DNA from: a virus
DNA length: 64,000 nucleotides
Direction: 5' to 3' (one strand)
Virus record (IMG/VR): IMGVR_UViG_3300021518_000005
Span: 19,228-83,227 of that record
Notes under the pieces: generated by a model
Told to the model about the DNA's origin: nothing
The model's input: the letters and a program-made list of their open reading frames with translations, nothing else
Databases searched by the model: none
Made by a program: the position numbers and the translations under genes
Shown: piece by piece, positions 18,341 to 28,890 of the stretch
Numbering within the stretch: position 1 is the first letter of the stretch
Layout of the letters: each line of letters opens with the position of its first letter

Positions 18341-19915
18341 CTGAATCGCACTGGGATTGCTGGTGCTGTCGCCGCCGTTATTGTTACTGTTGTTATTGTT
18401 CTCCCGCATGGTTCCTCGACTGATGCGCCTCCGCCTGTATTTGTGACAGCTCACGTCATAACGGCTACAGCAGAATTGACCACTACACATCACGAAGATC
18501 CTACAAACACGCCAGAAGCGCCTACAGCCACCGAAACAGCTACGCTAGAGCCAACACACACCACTGAACCTACAATCCCTCCTGGGCCGTCTGAGAAACC
18601 TACGGAAGTCGTTACAAGCACTGCTACGACCACGACAACAAATACCGTAGATTCGACAGCAACATCTACGGCTGCCGCAACTTTTACACCCACGTCAGAA
18701 GCCTCTATAACGCCCACAGAAACACCTACAGCGAGCGCCACGGCCACTACGACGCCCACGCCTACGGCGGTTCCTACAGCCACTCCTGTGGTGTTCCTGG
18801 AAACGTTTGACGGATTGCCATCACAACCATTAGCCTTCTCAAGCAGCCAATGGGATATTATGGCGCACAGCCGTGATCCGTTGTATCGACAAGTTCCTGA
18901 GCCAATGGATGCGCAACATGACGGTGCAACATGCGATGTCCATGGCGCGCACACGATCACAACCTACACACAAACCGCGTTCATCTGCCGTAATCATCTC
19001 ATGACGGCTATTAAGGGAACTGACTACGCGATTGTGTACCTTGCGCCTAATGCCATGCTCGATTGGTCGCAAAACACAGCTACACTGCGTTTTGACGTTT
19101 CAACCATGCGAACGACAAGCCGCGATTGGTGGGATATTTGGATCACGCCATGGGGCGATGTGTTGTCGTATCCCTCTGATGGATCGTTTCCCGATGGGAA
19201 TGGCGAGCCGCGCAACGCCATCCACATTCGCATGAATCAGTTCAACGGCAAGACCACGTTTAACGTCAATCAAGTCGTGAATTATGTCTCATCGCCGGTG
19301 CCTGGTTCCATTGTCGGTGGCCGCGTCTACGAGAATGTATTAACACCGGATTATGTGCGGCGCGACACGTTTGAGCTACGCCTATCGAGCACACACATCT
19401 CGTTTTGCATGCCCGACTATACTCACTGTTGGGCTGATAATCTACCGTTGGCTACGTCGCTCGACTGGAATAGCGGCGTGGTACAGATCGGTCATCACTC
19501 CTACAATCCGCTGAAGGGCTGCATCGCGGGGCGTACACCATGTCAGCCAAATACCTGGCATTGGGATAATGTCCGCATGGAGCCAGCATTGCCATTCCAA
19601 ATCATTCGCAGCGCGCCGCGTGCCGCATCGCTCACAATTACGAACGACACATTGACACTTGAGCGGCCTGCACCAGCAGGCGCTATCGTTCGATTTTTGG
19701 CTATCGGGAATGCTATCGAGGTGTCATTCGACGGTGGCAATACATGGCAACCAGCCGTCAAGCGTGAGCAGGAAAACAATCAGCCGGAACGGTTCAGCTC
19801 GTATTGGATGCCGATACCGGAAGGCACCACAGCAATCAAGGTTCGCGGCCAACGTTGGACAAGCAGCAGCGCAGGTGATTGGTGGGTTCACTCGCTCAGT
19901 GTGTGGGCGCGCTAG
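18341..19915 (+). CDS. membrane-anchored or secreted protein with Thr/Pro-rich linker and beta-rich domain
   Basis: TPT-rich linker; frame extends upstream of 18443 through a hydrophobic helix to CTG 18341, after AAGGAG; start uncertain. Confidence 0.7.
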   Translation: MNRTGIAGAVAAVIVTVVIVLPHGSSTDAPPPVFVTAHVITATAELTTTHHEDPTNTPEAPTATETATLEPTHTTEPTIPPGPSEKPTEVVTSTATTTTTNTVDSTATSTAAATFTPTSEASITPTETPTASATATTTPTPTAVPTATPVVFLETFDGLPSQPLAFSSSQWDIMAHSRDPLYRQVPEPMDAQHDGATCDVHGAHTITTYTQTAFICRNHLMTAIKGTDYAIVYLAPNAMLDWSQNTATLRFDVSTMRTTSRDWWDIWITPWGDVLSYPSDGSFPDGNGEPRNAIHIRMNQFNGKTTFNVNQVVNYVSSPVPGSIVGGRVYENVLTPDYVRRDTFELRLSSTHISFCMPDYTHCWADNLPLATSLDWNSGVVQIGHHSYNPLKGCIAGRTPCQPNTWHWDNVRMEPALPFQIIRSAPRAASLTITNDTLTLERPAPAGAIVRFLAIGNAIEVSFDGGNTWQPAVKREQENNQPERFSSYWMPIPEGTTAIKVRGQRWTSSSAGDWWVHSLSVWAR

Positions 19916-20155
<240 letters not shown>

Positions 20156-20162
20156 CAAGACC

Positions 20163-20450
20163 TTACTTGCAGGCTAACACATGCCACCCGTTAGGGCTGC
20201 AATGCCAGTCCACAATCTCATTTTGCTCGTTTCGGAGCCGAAATCCATGCTCAGGATCTAACGCAATTGCATTGCCAGCAAGTGCATGCCATTCAACCCG
20301 TACATCACCATGGTCTTCATGCCAAATTGCAACTACATAGAAGTTCAGAAACGACCACGCGATGAGTTCACCTCCGAGCGTGTCCTCTCTTGGCATTCCG
20401 TGATTACCCGGCAATATCCATTCCCCGCGCTCAAAATGTTGTAGTCTCAT
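20163..20450 (-). CDS. hypothetical protein
   Basis: coupled ORF. Confidence 0.55.
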   Translation of the reverse strand: MRLQHFERGEWILPGNHGMPREDTLGGELIAWSFLNFYVVAIWHEDHGDVRVEWHALAGNAIALDPEHGFRLRNEQNEIVDWHCSPNGWHVLACK

Positions 20451-20779
20451 AGTGCTTTCTCACAAGTATATGCAAGTTGCTCACGCATTGACTCTTCAAC
20501 ATAAGCCATGGCAAAGCTCAAATCTACATTTTCCCCGTATGTGTCCATGTCGTTGATCGTGTCCTGATCAAACTGAGGGATACTCAGCAGGATACCAGGA
20601 CTATAATACTGATTTCCAATCATACCATCCCATAGCACCCTGAACGTTCCATCCTCACACAATTCAACCGTGTAACCACTACCGTTAAACCCTGCCGTTG
20701 TTGAGGATTTTACCGCTTCCTCAAATGTCTTCCCACCATCATCGGCAATAAAGTGCTCAAACGCCTGTTGGACAGTCAT
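20447..20779 (-). CDS. hypothetical protein
   Basis: GGAG SD, downstream of the 80-bp repeat. Confidence 0.6.
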   Translation of the reverse strand: MTVQQAFEHFIADDGGKTFEEAVKSSTTAGFNGSGYTVELCEDGTFRVLWDGMIGNQYYSPGILLSIPQFDQDTINDMDTYGENVDLSFAMAYVEESMREQLAYTCEKAL

Positions 20780-20795
20780 AGTATTCTCCCATGTA

Positions 20796-20875
20796 CAATT
20801 GCTTCGACCTGAACACAGTATAAATCAAACAGCTTGGTTGTTGAATGATAAATACCTGATAAAGAGGTGATAATT
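20796..20875 (-). repeat. 80-bp direct repeat copy 1 (second promoter class)
   Basis: near-identical to 22086-22165; TTCAAC-17-TATACT on minus strand. Confidence 0.85.
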
Positions 20876-21360
20876 CACTTCATTCGCCCGTTTGGTGGCT
20901 TAATTTTGCCATCCAAATACGCTTGCCAGTTATCAATGCATTGCTGCCAATACACAGCACGACGGGCATAGCGCGGTTTATCTCCGAGTTTCAAAAGATT
21001 TCGATGCATGCCCGACAGAGCTAGCGCACGTTGATAGCGCTGCCTGTCAGGTTTGGGCGACGGCACAGCTACCCGCCATGGCTCGTGCTCGTGCTTGCCT
21101 TGTGGTCTGCCAGCGCCAGATCGTATGCCGCCACGGTCTACTGCCGCGCTCGTGTGTACTGCAACGAGATGACGGCGTGCTGTGGTTGGATGGCAATTGA
21201 TACGCGCTGCCAATTCACTGGCAAGATGACGTATTACTTCAACAGGCAATGCATCACCTTGCTGAATATTGTGCTCGACAAGCAGCAAGCGCGCAGCGAC
21301 TCGGATAGAGTCGCTGCGCGCCTTTGTGTTTATACTTTCACTCATTGATTGCATTACCAC
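20875..21360 (-). CDS. hypothetical DNA-binding protein
   Basis: HTH-like segment and RGGIRSGAGRP motif. Confidence 0.5.
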   Translation of the reverse strand: MVMQSMSESINTKARSDSIRVAARLLLVEHNIQQGDALPVEVIRHLASELAARINCHPTTARRHLVAVHTSAAVDRGGIRSGAGRPQGKHEHEPWRVAVPSPKPDRQRYQRALALSGMHRNLLKLGDKPRYARRAVYWQQCIDNWQAYLDGKIKPPNGRMK

Positions 21361-21785
21361 CCGTGCCCTGTTGGGCCGTCTAGATCTTCCTCTTCCTGTA
21401 TTGCCTTGGCATGTGCTGCAAGGCGTGCATTGGTCGCCGCTTTCGCCGCTTCCTTGTCGGCTTGCACCTCTTGCTCCATGGCGATGACGCGACGACGATG
21501 AATTATTAGCTCGATTGCACGCTCACCTTGTTCATAAGCCGAAATATCAAAATGCGAATCGCCGTAATCAAATTGCGTTTTGGGTTGAACGCCATACGTC
21601 GCGCACAACTCCTCGTAGCGCTTGCGGTTTGGTGTTTCGCGCTTGATTACCTCCATGATCTCGACAATACGCCAATACGCTTTTTGCGCCCCTGCTTCGG
21701 TGCTGAATACCTCGTTGGATTCTGGCTGTACGTGTGGTGCCGTGTACGTGTATCCGCTTTCACATAGTCTAATATCACCAAACAT
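21354..21785 (-). CDS. hypothetical protein
   Basis: AAGGAG SD before ATG 21785. Confidence 0.55.
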   Translation of the reverse strand: MFGDIRLCESGYTYTAPHVQPESNEVFSTEAGAQKAYWRIVEIMEVIKRETPNRKRYEELCATYGVQPKTQFDYGDSHFDISAYEQGERAIELIIHRRRVIAMEQEVQADKEAAKAATNARLAAHAKAIQEEEDLDGPTGHGW

Positions 21786-21793
21786 GATCGTGT

Positions 21794-22063
21794 TTACTCC
21801 TTGATATTGGTTCCCATTGTTCCACCACAGCAGTTGCTGTAGCCACCAGCACCGTTGCCTCCGTCGCATCCGCATACAGAACAATCGGTGCCATTATCAT
21901 AGGCACACGTTGAGCAAAAGAATTTACCAATTGCGTATCCGTCTCCACGAATGTCCTCACCGCAGGATGCACAGAATGCATCCATATAATTTTCGTAACC
22001 TTTAACTGCGATACGTTGGGCTGCCGACAATTGGGAAAGCTCTTGAAAACGATTGGCGTCCAT
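21794..22063 (-). CDS. small Cys-rich (zinc-finger-like) protein
   Basis: multiple CxxC pairs; AAGGAG SD. Confidence 0.55.
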   Translation of the reverse strand: MDANRFQELSQLSAAQRIAVKGYENYMDAFCASCGEDIRGDGYAIGKFFCSTCAYDNGTDCSVCGCDGGNGAGGYSNCCGGTMGTNIKE

Positions 22064-22085
22064 GTCTTTTACTCCTTGATGAGTT

Positions 22086-22165
22086 CAATTGCTTCGACCT
22101 GAACACAGTATAAATCAAACAACTTGATTGTTGAATGATAAATACCTGATATTTAGGTGATAATT
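22086..22165 (-). repeat. 80-bp direct repeat copy 2
   Basis: near-identical to 20796-20875; contains AATCAA-N5-TTGATT palindrome. Confidence 0.85.
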
Positions 22166-23270
22166 ACTCAGATGTGTCCTGCAACTTCCTAGCCACATCC
22201 TCCAATGCGGCGCGCTCATCAGCGCTGTACGAATGGATGTACACGCGCTCCGTGATGCTGGTAGTGCTATGGCCGAGTACATCACGCGCCACTGTCGAGG
22301 CATACCCGCTTTGGGCGATAAGCGATGCTACCGCATGGCGAAGATCATGTAATCGGATCGATTGCGGCAGCCCGATTCGCTTCAAGTCGGCCTTGAACGA
22401 CCGCCAGAGATTATGCGGGTTGTACGGTGTGCCAACTTCAGATGGAAATACAAGTTGATGATCTTTCCATCCTGGTGCATCGCGCTCCTCATTTTGCACA
22501 GCCCTATGCACCTCAAGTGTTTGTACAAGCCACGGCGCAAGCGGAAGCGTTCTAACACCGCTCTCGGTTTTTGCATCAGCAATATGCAGCGTGCCAGCTT
22601 GCATATCAACATCGGCCCACTTCAGCGCGATTAATTCGCCACGTCGAAGGCCGAGTGATGCGCCAATGACATAGAGTGCATAGCGCCGTGTACCGCGTGC
22701 GCCATCGAGTAGTTGTCGGATATGCTCAATGGATACCGGCTGCACTTTGTACTTTCTTGGTTTTGGCACATCAACATGTTCAGCCACGTTCCGTTGCACC
22801 ATTTCGAGACGTACACCGTCGTTGAGTGCTCGACTCAAAACACCATGCGCGTATTCGATGGTACGAGTACTCAAGAGTGCGTCACGTTTCTTAGAACGCT
22901 TGTCACGCAGTTCTGAGAGCCAATGCTGTATATCTTGTGGCCGGAGCTTTACAAGTTTGATATGGCCGATATGCGGCTCGATATGCAGTCGAGACATATC
23001 ACGGTAGCTTTCGTAGGTTCGCGCCTTGCCTGGTTTGACCGTATGCTCTAGCCAATACGCCATGTACTGCGTGACTGTCATTTTATTGTCGATTGGCTCA
23101 GAGCCACGATTAAGTTCAGCCAAGATATTCGCTTGCCAGGTTGCAACTTCCTTGCGTGTCTTGCCGTATTTCCACTTGCGTTTCCCATTGCCAAGTGATA
23201 CAGCTGCGTACCATGTCCCGTCTTTGCGCTGCCCAATAGTGCCTTCATTTTGACCGCGTTTCTTAGGCAT
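22164..23270 (-). CDS. int: tyrosine integrase
   Basis: RGQNEGTI N-terminus; GLRRGEL, HDLRH, LGHS...Y catalytic motifs. Confidence 0.95.
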   Translation of the reverse strand: MPKKRGQNEGTIGQRKDGTWYAAVSLGNGKRKWKYGKTRKEVATWQANILAELNRGSEPIDNKMTVTQYMAYWLEHTVKPGKARTYESYRDMSRLHIEPHIGHIKLVKLRPQDIQHWLSELRDKRSKKRDALLSTRTIEYAHGVLSRALNDGVRLEMVQRNVAEHVDVPKPRKYKVQPVSIEHIRQLLDGARGTRRYALYVIGASLGLRRGELIALKWADVDMQAGTLHIADAKTESGVRTLPLAPWLVQTLEVHRAVQNEERDAPGWKDHQLVFPSEVGTPYNPHNLWRSFKADLKRIGLPQSIRLHDLRHAVASLIAQSGYASTVARDVLGHSTTSITERVYIHSYSADERAALEDVARKLQDTSE

Positions 23271-23590
23271 AAAAAATCCTCCAAGAACGTTCTTGGAGGA
23301 TTATAGCATTTTTTTGTGTATCTGTTTGAATGTACCTTAAAATCCAGTTACCCTGACACCAGTAAGATCGAACGCATGATTAAACCGTTCCCGATCCTGG
23401 CCTTTGAATACCAAATAGATGGGCTGTCCATCTTCATCTGTTGTGTTCAAATACACGGCTACATAGGGCTTAATTTCACCCCCAGCCCGTGCTTCATCAG
23501 GATTTAACCACATCGGCCATTCCTCTAGCTCTTCAATGTGCGTTACGTGTTCTAGATTGATACGTATATTTCCAACACGAATCCAATTCA

Positions 23591-23959
23591 TTACAAATAC
23601 TCCTTAATAAATGCGATAGCAGGGCCGTAGTCCCGAGCACTGTCATTGATTTCTGTCAATACGCCTCCATCATAACTTATTGGGCTGGAAGACAATTCGG
23701 CCCATTCAGCAACAGGAAGTGGTAAAACACTTCCTTCCGGATCGTCATCAATATCTACACCAAAAGCATATATTTCAACGCCGTAATCATCACTGTACAT
23801 GCGTTCCCATCGCAAATTTCCCGTTTCTTGCTGATACAAATCACAGAGTACACCTAAACAACAGTAAGTGTCATTACTCCAATGCAGTGCGTTAATACCA
23901 TGTTTGTATTTGCCACTTTCCAGCGCGTCTAGCCACAACTGCTTAATGCGTGCATTCAT
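23591..23959 (-). CDS. hypothetical phage protein
   Basis: WLDALESGKY..G..L...YCCLGVLCD pattern. Confidence 0.65.
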   Translation of the reverse strand: MNARIKQLWLDALESGKYKHGINALHWSNDTYCCLGVLCDLYQQETGNLRWERMYSDDYGVEIYAFGVDIDDDPEGSVLPLPVAEWAELSSSPISYDGGVLTEINDSARDYGPAIAFIKEYL

Positions 23960-24118
23960 TTTCCATACTCCTAAGCCATTGCTCTAATGCCTCGTGTCGA
24001 ATAAAACGCCGTCGCCCACACTTGCCATAGCGCAACAGGCCACGGTTCATAGCCTCGTAGAGTGTAGTGCGACAGAAGCCAGTTAGGATACTGGCTTCTG
24101 TGATCGTGTACGATAGTT

Positions 24119-24706
24119 TCATGCGGCTTCACTGAGGATTTTTAACAGTGTATCGCGCTGCCATATTCGAGCATCAGCAGCAGCAGCAGCATCAGCATCA
24201 GCACGCCACTCACTGTTAGACGGCTGATCGCCATCAATATACCGCTGATACAGATTAGCCACATGCTGTACCGCTTCTTTGTCGCGTGCATACCGGATAA
24301 CGCCGTGTTGCGAATCAGTCAGCATGGCCACGACAAAGCGCTGCCACACATATCGAAGATCAACTCCAACCGGCATGGCTTCCCAAAATTGTACCGGCCA
24401 GTTTTTGGCCTCATGATTAGGCAGGCGCTCAAAAATACCATCTTGTAATCGCGCAATAACACGCGGAATACCAATATATTCATATGCGGCATGATCGCTG
24501 TAATCGAACGATATACCAAGTACGTCGTTCATGTCGTACAGACTACACCCCACTGCGCAACCACGAAAACGATTGTAATCAAAGTTTCCATAGGAACCTT
24601 GAACGTAATCATCCTGTGCTCGATGCTGCTTTGCCCGTGCAACCAGTTGTGCCTTGAGATTATAATCATCATTAAACGTTGTCGTGGACAGTTCCCATGT
24701 GTACAT
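24119..24706 (-). CDS. hypothetical phage protein
   Basis: GCAVGC motif, Ala/Asp-rich tail. Confidence 0.65.
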   Translation of the reverse strand: MYTWELSTTTFNDDYNLKAQLVARAKQHRAQDDYVQGSYGNFDYNRFRGCAVGCSLYDMNDVLGISFDYSDHAAYEYIGIPRVIARLQDGIFERLPNHEAKNWPVQFWEAMPVGVDLRYVWQRFVVAMLTDSQHGVIRYARDKEAVQHVANLYQRYIDGDQPSNSEWRADADAAAAADARIWQRDTLLKILSEAA

Positions 24707-24917
24707 TGATTACTTTCCCTTGCTAAATACGTATACCGTTTCCGATGTTTACTTGCTTTCCTTTTCTGGCTCTGGCTCTGGCTCTGGCTGAATGTAAGGA
24801 TACAGCCGATCAAAGCAATAGTTACAAAATGCACCCACCTCTGGATGCAGCTCGCCACAATTAATACAGTTACTCCACATAGTAGATGCCTTCCCAGGTA
24901 CGTTGTTACCTGACAAC

Positions 24918-24946
24918 ACATTACCACATCGGTAAGATATTGTCAA
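24918..24946 (-). promoter_or_regulatory. promoter/operator copy 9
   Basis: TTGACA-17-TAATGT; CATTACC-ACATC-GGTAAGA. Confidence 0.8.
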
Positions 24947-25014
24947 TACCCCCATTTTAAGCAAAAAAAACACGCCCATGGTGATTGTGCCATGGGCGTG
25001 TCCGGTGATTAAAG

Positions 25015-25608
25015 TTACTTTTGTTTAATCATTGCGCGAATGGTGTTTGCAAGAGCGCCCTGTGTGTCAGCAGTTAAATCCCAAAAGATTCGACGGTTAC
25101 TCCATGTCCAAACATAATCTTTTACGGCCTGCTCCGTCATGACCGGCCTACGTTTCAGTACATCGATTTCGTTGCGCAATGCCTTGACTTCTCGCTCCAT
25201 TTGCGCTCTCAACTCGCTTATCTGTTGCCGTGCTGTGGCATCTACGGTGCTGGCTGGCTGACTCGGTGCAGGCGGAAGTGGTGCAACTTGTTGCCCGTTT
25301 GACGGATAGCCAGGTGTTACATAGCCAGGTACTTTGTAACGCACAAGTGCCTTTGCATCAGCAGACGGCCACGACACATACAAGCCATCTGGCTCCACCG
25401 CGCAACCAGCGCGCCCCTCAAAAAACGAAGGAAGGTCGATATACTCAGCCCTATTAGGAGTAAAACACCGTACAATATGCGTACCGAATTTGTGTCCAGT
25501 TCGTTCACCGCAATACACAATAAATACCGTGTTATCATCTGAACGAAACGACATGAGATCAGCACCACCGTAAATTTCACTACCACCAGGAAGATTGTAG
25601 ACCGTCAA
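25015..25608 (-). CDS. hypothetical protein
   Basis: 197 aa ORF in operon. Confidence 0.55.
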   Translation of the reverse strand: MTVYNLPGGSEIYGGADLMSFRSDDNTVFIVYCGERTGHKFGTHIVRCFTPNRAEYIDLPSFFEGRAGCAVEPDGLYVSWPSADAKALVRYKVPGYVTPGYPSNGQQVAPLPPAPSQPASTVDATARQQISELRAQMEREVKALRNEIDVLKRRPVMTEQAVKDYVWTWSNRRIFWDLTADTQGALANTIRAMIKQK

Positions 25609-26031
25609 TCACACATCACACTCCTTAATATTAATACCTGATTGTTCCAACATTTCAGTAGCTAACGGATGGATACGATAGCCCTCTCGATACACAATGC
25701 GCTGTATGCCTGCATTGATCAGCGCCTTGGTACAGCTCAGGCATGGAAAATGAGTCACATACAACACGGCTCCATCTGTTGCCCGACCGACATACGCGGC
25801 TTGAATAATGGCGTTGATTTCTGCATGTACCGACCGCACACAATGCCCATGTTCCAAGATGTGCCCAACATGATCGCAATCGGCAAGACCACGCGGCGCA
25901 CCATTATAGCCCGTCGAAAGGATAATATGTTGACACACAAGTACCGCGCCGACATGCGCCCGATCACACGTTGCGCGCTGACTTACTGCCTGAGCAATCG
26001 TCATAAAATACGAGTCCCAATTTTGCCGCAT
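25609..26031 (-). CDS. dCMP deaminase (ComEB family)
   Basis: TGYNG, HAEINAI, PCLSC zinc motifs. Confidence 0.92.
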   Translation of the reverse strand: MRQNWDSYFMTIAQAVSQRATCDRAHVGAVLVCQHIILSTGYNGAPRGLADCDHVGHILEHGHCVRSVHAEINAIIQAAYVGRATDGAVLYVTHFPCLSCTKALINAGIQRIVYREGYRIHPLATEMLEQSGINIKECDV

Positions 26032-26846
26032 TAGCGCACCGCAAATACCTGCACATCTGTATGTGCAATATGATATTCTGGATAGTTCTTATCCTGTGCA
26101 GCGCCGTAGTTAACATGGAAAAACGTAGCGCCAATGACATTACCGCGTGCATATTGGCGTGTCCACTCGATATACTCTCGTATCTTTTGCGCCGTAGGGA
26201 TCTTTGGATTGTTAATCCCATACTCACTCAGCACCCATGGCTTATCAGCAAAGTACTTCAGGTGCAGTGCCAGCGCGTCATCGGCCTGTCGTGTTCGTGG
26301 CCCTGGATAGTTTACAACAAGGCTGTCATACTCGTACACATGTACGCCAACCGCATCACAACGCCGTATTGCGGCTGCCGCAATTTCGAGCCACAACGCC
26401 TCTCGATACGTAGTACGAACGCCGTGTGAAGTCATGAGCATAGCCGGTGAGATGATGCGGGCATACGGCATCTGCTTACGTATTTCGGTGATTGTCCTGT
26501 CAAGATGCCATGCCCATCCATGAATTTCACTCTCACTCAAGGAGCGTACATTTGGCTCATTCCCTAGTTCAATCCAAATATGCGGCTTAATCGCGTACCA
26601 CGGTGCTATTTCCTGTACTACTTCCTCCGTATGTAGGAACACCGACCGACCGGATGCGGGATCGCCCACAGCTGTACGCACAATTGTATGGTCTGTTGCT
26701 GCACATACACGCGCTCGTGTTGTCGAGTTCCAACCCTCAACGAGTCCCCATGCCGTTACTACCTTAATACAATCAAGTTTACCGATCTGTGTCATGGCAT
26801 ACAGATCGTCTAGTCTTGCATGTGTTAAAACAGGCCCATGAAACAC
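26031..26846 (-). CDS. glycoside hydrolase-like (clan GH-A) protein
   Basis: GNEPN acid/base, GVHVY, VLSEYG nucleophile. Confidence 0.65.
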   Translation of the reverse strand: MFHGPVLTHARLDDLYAMTQIGKLDCIKVVTAWGLVEGWNSTTRARVCAATDHTIVRTAVGDPASGRSVFLHTEEVVQEIAPWYAIKPHIWIELGNEPNVRSLSESEIHGWAWHLDRTITEIRKQMPYARIISPAMLMTSHGVRTTYREALWLEIAAAAIRRCDAVGVHVYEYDSLVVNYPGPRTRQADDALALHLKYFADKPWVLSEYGINNPKIPTAQKIREYIEWTRQYARGNVIGATFFHVNYGAAQDKNYPEYHIAHTDVQVFAVR

Positions 26847-27332
26847 TTACAAAACACCCCTCTCTACCATGATGCGGATAATATCCAGCCAATACTCAAC
26901 GCGCACTCGTGTACGCTCGTGAAGCATATAGTGCGTTGCTTTGCTGTAGTACCAATCAGACGGATCGAATCCTTGCCCTTGTGCCATGCTTGCACCCGCC
27001 CAATCTGCTACCATCTCCTTGATATATTTCTCTGGCATGTCTAGCGCTTTTGTTTCGCCGCGATCAAACGGCAAAAGCCAGTATTGCCAGTGATGTGGTT
27101 GACGTTTGACATGTGCATTCCAAGCATGTTGAAATGTGTCGGTCTCGACATAGTGCCTTGAACCATCTGGCTGATAAAATGTTTGTGCATATGGAATGAG
27201 TTCAGATGGCAGAAACTTACTCCAATCATGCGTAAGTGCTTGCCACCAATGCACGCCAATTGCCATGCAAGCCCGCCATACATAGTATTTATGCGTAATG
27301 ACGTAGCGCAAATAGGCAGTATATCGCTTCAT
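26847..27332 (-). CDS. DUF5662 / HD-like protein
   Basis: HK..V, HDWSKF, H...PHHWQYW, EMVADW. Confidence 0.75.
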   Translation of the reverse strand: MKRYTAYLRYVITHKYYVWRACMAIGVHWWQALTHDWSKFLPSELIPYAQTFYQPDGSRHYVETDTFQHAWNAHVKRQPHHWQYWLLPFDRGETKALDMPEKYIKEMVADWAGASMAQGQGFDPSDWYYSKATHYMLHERTRVRVEYWLDIIRIMVERGVL

Positions 27333-27554
27333 GTAGTATCCTCGGCCAATGCTTCATTCACAATATCGACTACGTGTTCAATGGGGGTCGATGTGATAAA
27401 CCAACTGACAGCACCATTTGGTTCGTCATAATACACTTTCGTATTCCCGTTTTCCACTACTTCACAATACCGAATGACATCAGACCGAATTGCATGCGTG
27501 CGATCTCGATCATTAGTTCCAGGGAAATGAAGTAATTTCATTAGTGCCTCCTAA

Positions 27555-28349
27555 TTACATAAAACAATATCCCGAATCACACACATCGTCATCTAATTCC
27601 GTCATTATTGCTTGACCACCCACAACCCGATCAAGTGGTCTTGATGTTCGCGTAAGATACACGTTCTTCCCATGTAGTCGCTGTGCTTTTGCTTGAACCG
27701 CCTTTTCAAACACAACAGCTTTCTGAAATGTATCTGGATCTTCCGAGGCAAGGCGTTGCCACTCACTCAAGCGCGTAAATGGACAAAAGTAGCAAGCACT
27801 TTTAGGTGGCACGGGCAATCCAGCTTGAACAATAATATTAATACAATCCTGTCGTGTTAGACGCAGATCGAGTAACGGATACACATTTACCGTATATTGG
27901 TTCTGTGTGTTCGAGTTGGCCCGCATGAACTCATCCATACTGATTCCTAAGCCGATAGAGGCGGGCTTTTTCTTTGTTGCACCGCGCTCCCGTGCCACAT
28001 ATGAAACAACTCGTATTTTCCACTTTGCGGTGCAGCTGCGCTGCCAAGGCCCGCCCGTGCCAGGGAAAACGGGGATCGGTATCGATTGTGTATCGCCCAA
28101 TGTTTCCTCGGCAACAGTTGGGGCGACTTGTCCATTGTGTGTCACTTTCACACGTTCAATAAACTCAATACCGTGTTTGTGTGCATACGGCATGGCAATA
28201 TCACGTACATATGCTAGCGTTTTTGGTGCTTCGCTGTCGTCACCCGTATTAGCAAATACATGCAGTGGGAAATCGATAACTCGTTGCGCGCTCAGGACAA
28301 GTGCCGCGATACTTTGTACACCCCCCCCACTACTAAACAATCGTATCAT
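27555..28349 (-). CDS. PAPS-reductase-like adenine nucleotide alpha-hydrolase
   Basis: SSGGGVQS PP-loop, FANTG, KSACYFCPF, CDSGYCF. Confidence 0.75.
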   Translation of the reverse strand: MIRLFSSGGGVQSIAALVLSAQRVIDFPLHVFANTGDDSEAPKTLAYVRDIAMPYAHKHGIEFIERVKVTHNGQVAPTVAEETLGDTQSIPIPVFPGTGGPWQRSCTAKWKIRVVSYVARERGATKKKPASIGLGISMDEFMRANSNTQNQYTVNVYPLLDLRLTRQDCINIIVQAGLPVPPKSACYFCPFTRLSEWQRLASEDPDTFQKAVVFEKAVQAKAQRLHGKNVYLTRTSRPLDRVVGGQAIMTELDDDVCDSGYCFM

Positions 28350-28384
28350 TTTTCATTCCTTTGTATCAAATTCGGCAGCCGCCA

Positions 28385-28840
28385 TTACGGTAATACATAC
28401 ACACATACATGTACACTCGATAAATACTGATCAATCATTGGTTCAATCTTGCGCCAGTCACCACCGGCAAGACCTGTACCAATCTTCGGCATATGCACAT
28501 CAAGGCCGCGTTCCGTTGCTTCTCGTTCGAGAAACATAAGACATGTACGCAATGCCTCATACCTCAATGGTACTTTATTTTGAGGCGAACGCAAACCGGA
28601 TTGTGCAATCATATTGCAGACCCATATCTCGTTATGAATATGTACCATTTGTATATCACCAAGATATAGTCCATGTTGTTTTCGCGCTTGATGATAGTCC
28701 AATTCAGGTTTTTTCCACTGTCTTGAGAGAGCAGTAACAAAACCTTTTCCCCACGCCCCTTGATCGTTGCATACATGCGCCACAATTGCGCGTTCACTAC
28801 CAATATGTTGAAAAAGGTCGCCTGTAATATATGTGATCAT
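28385..28840 (-). CDS. macrodomain (Poa1p/DarG-like) protein
   Basis: GDLF, AHVCN..G.WGKGF, MPKIGTGLAGGDW. Confidence 0.85.
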   Translation of the reverse strand: MITYITGDLFQHIGSERAIVAHVCNDQGAWGKGFVTALSRQWKKPELDYHQARKQHGLYLGDIQMVHIHNEIWVCNMIAQSGLRSPQNKVPLRYEALRTCLMFLEREATERGLDVHMPKIGTGLAGGDWRKIEPMIDQYLSSVHVCVYVLP

Positions 28841-28890
28841 GATTGTATGGAAGTGTAAGATAGTCTTACACTTCCACTACTTTTATACTC

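Noticed and set aside
24170-24204. Short coding microsatellites (GCA/TCAGCA here; EPEPEP at ~24765; GEV x3 at 54421)
   Set aside because: Low-complexity peptide repeats with no sign of phase variation
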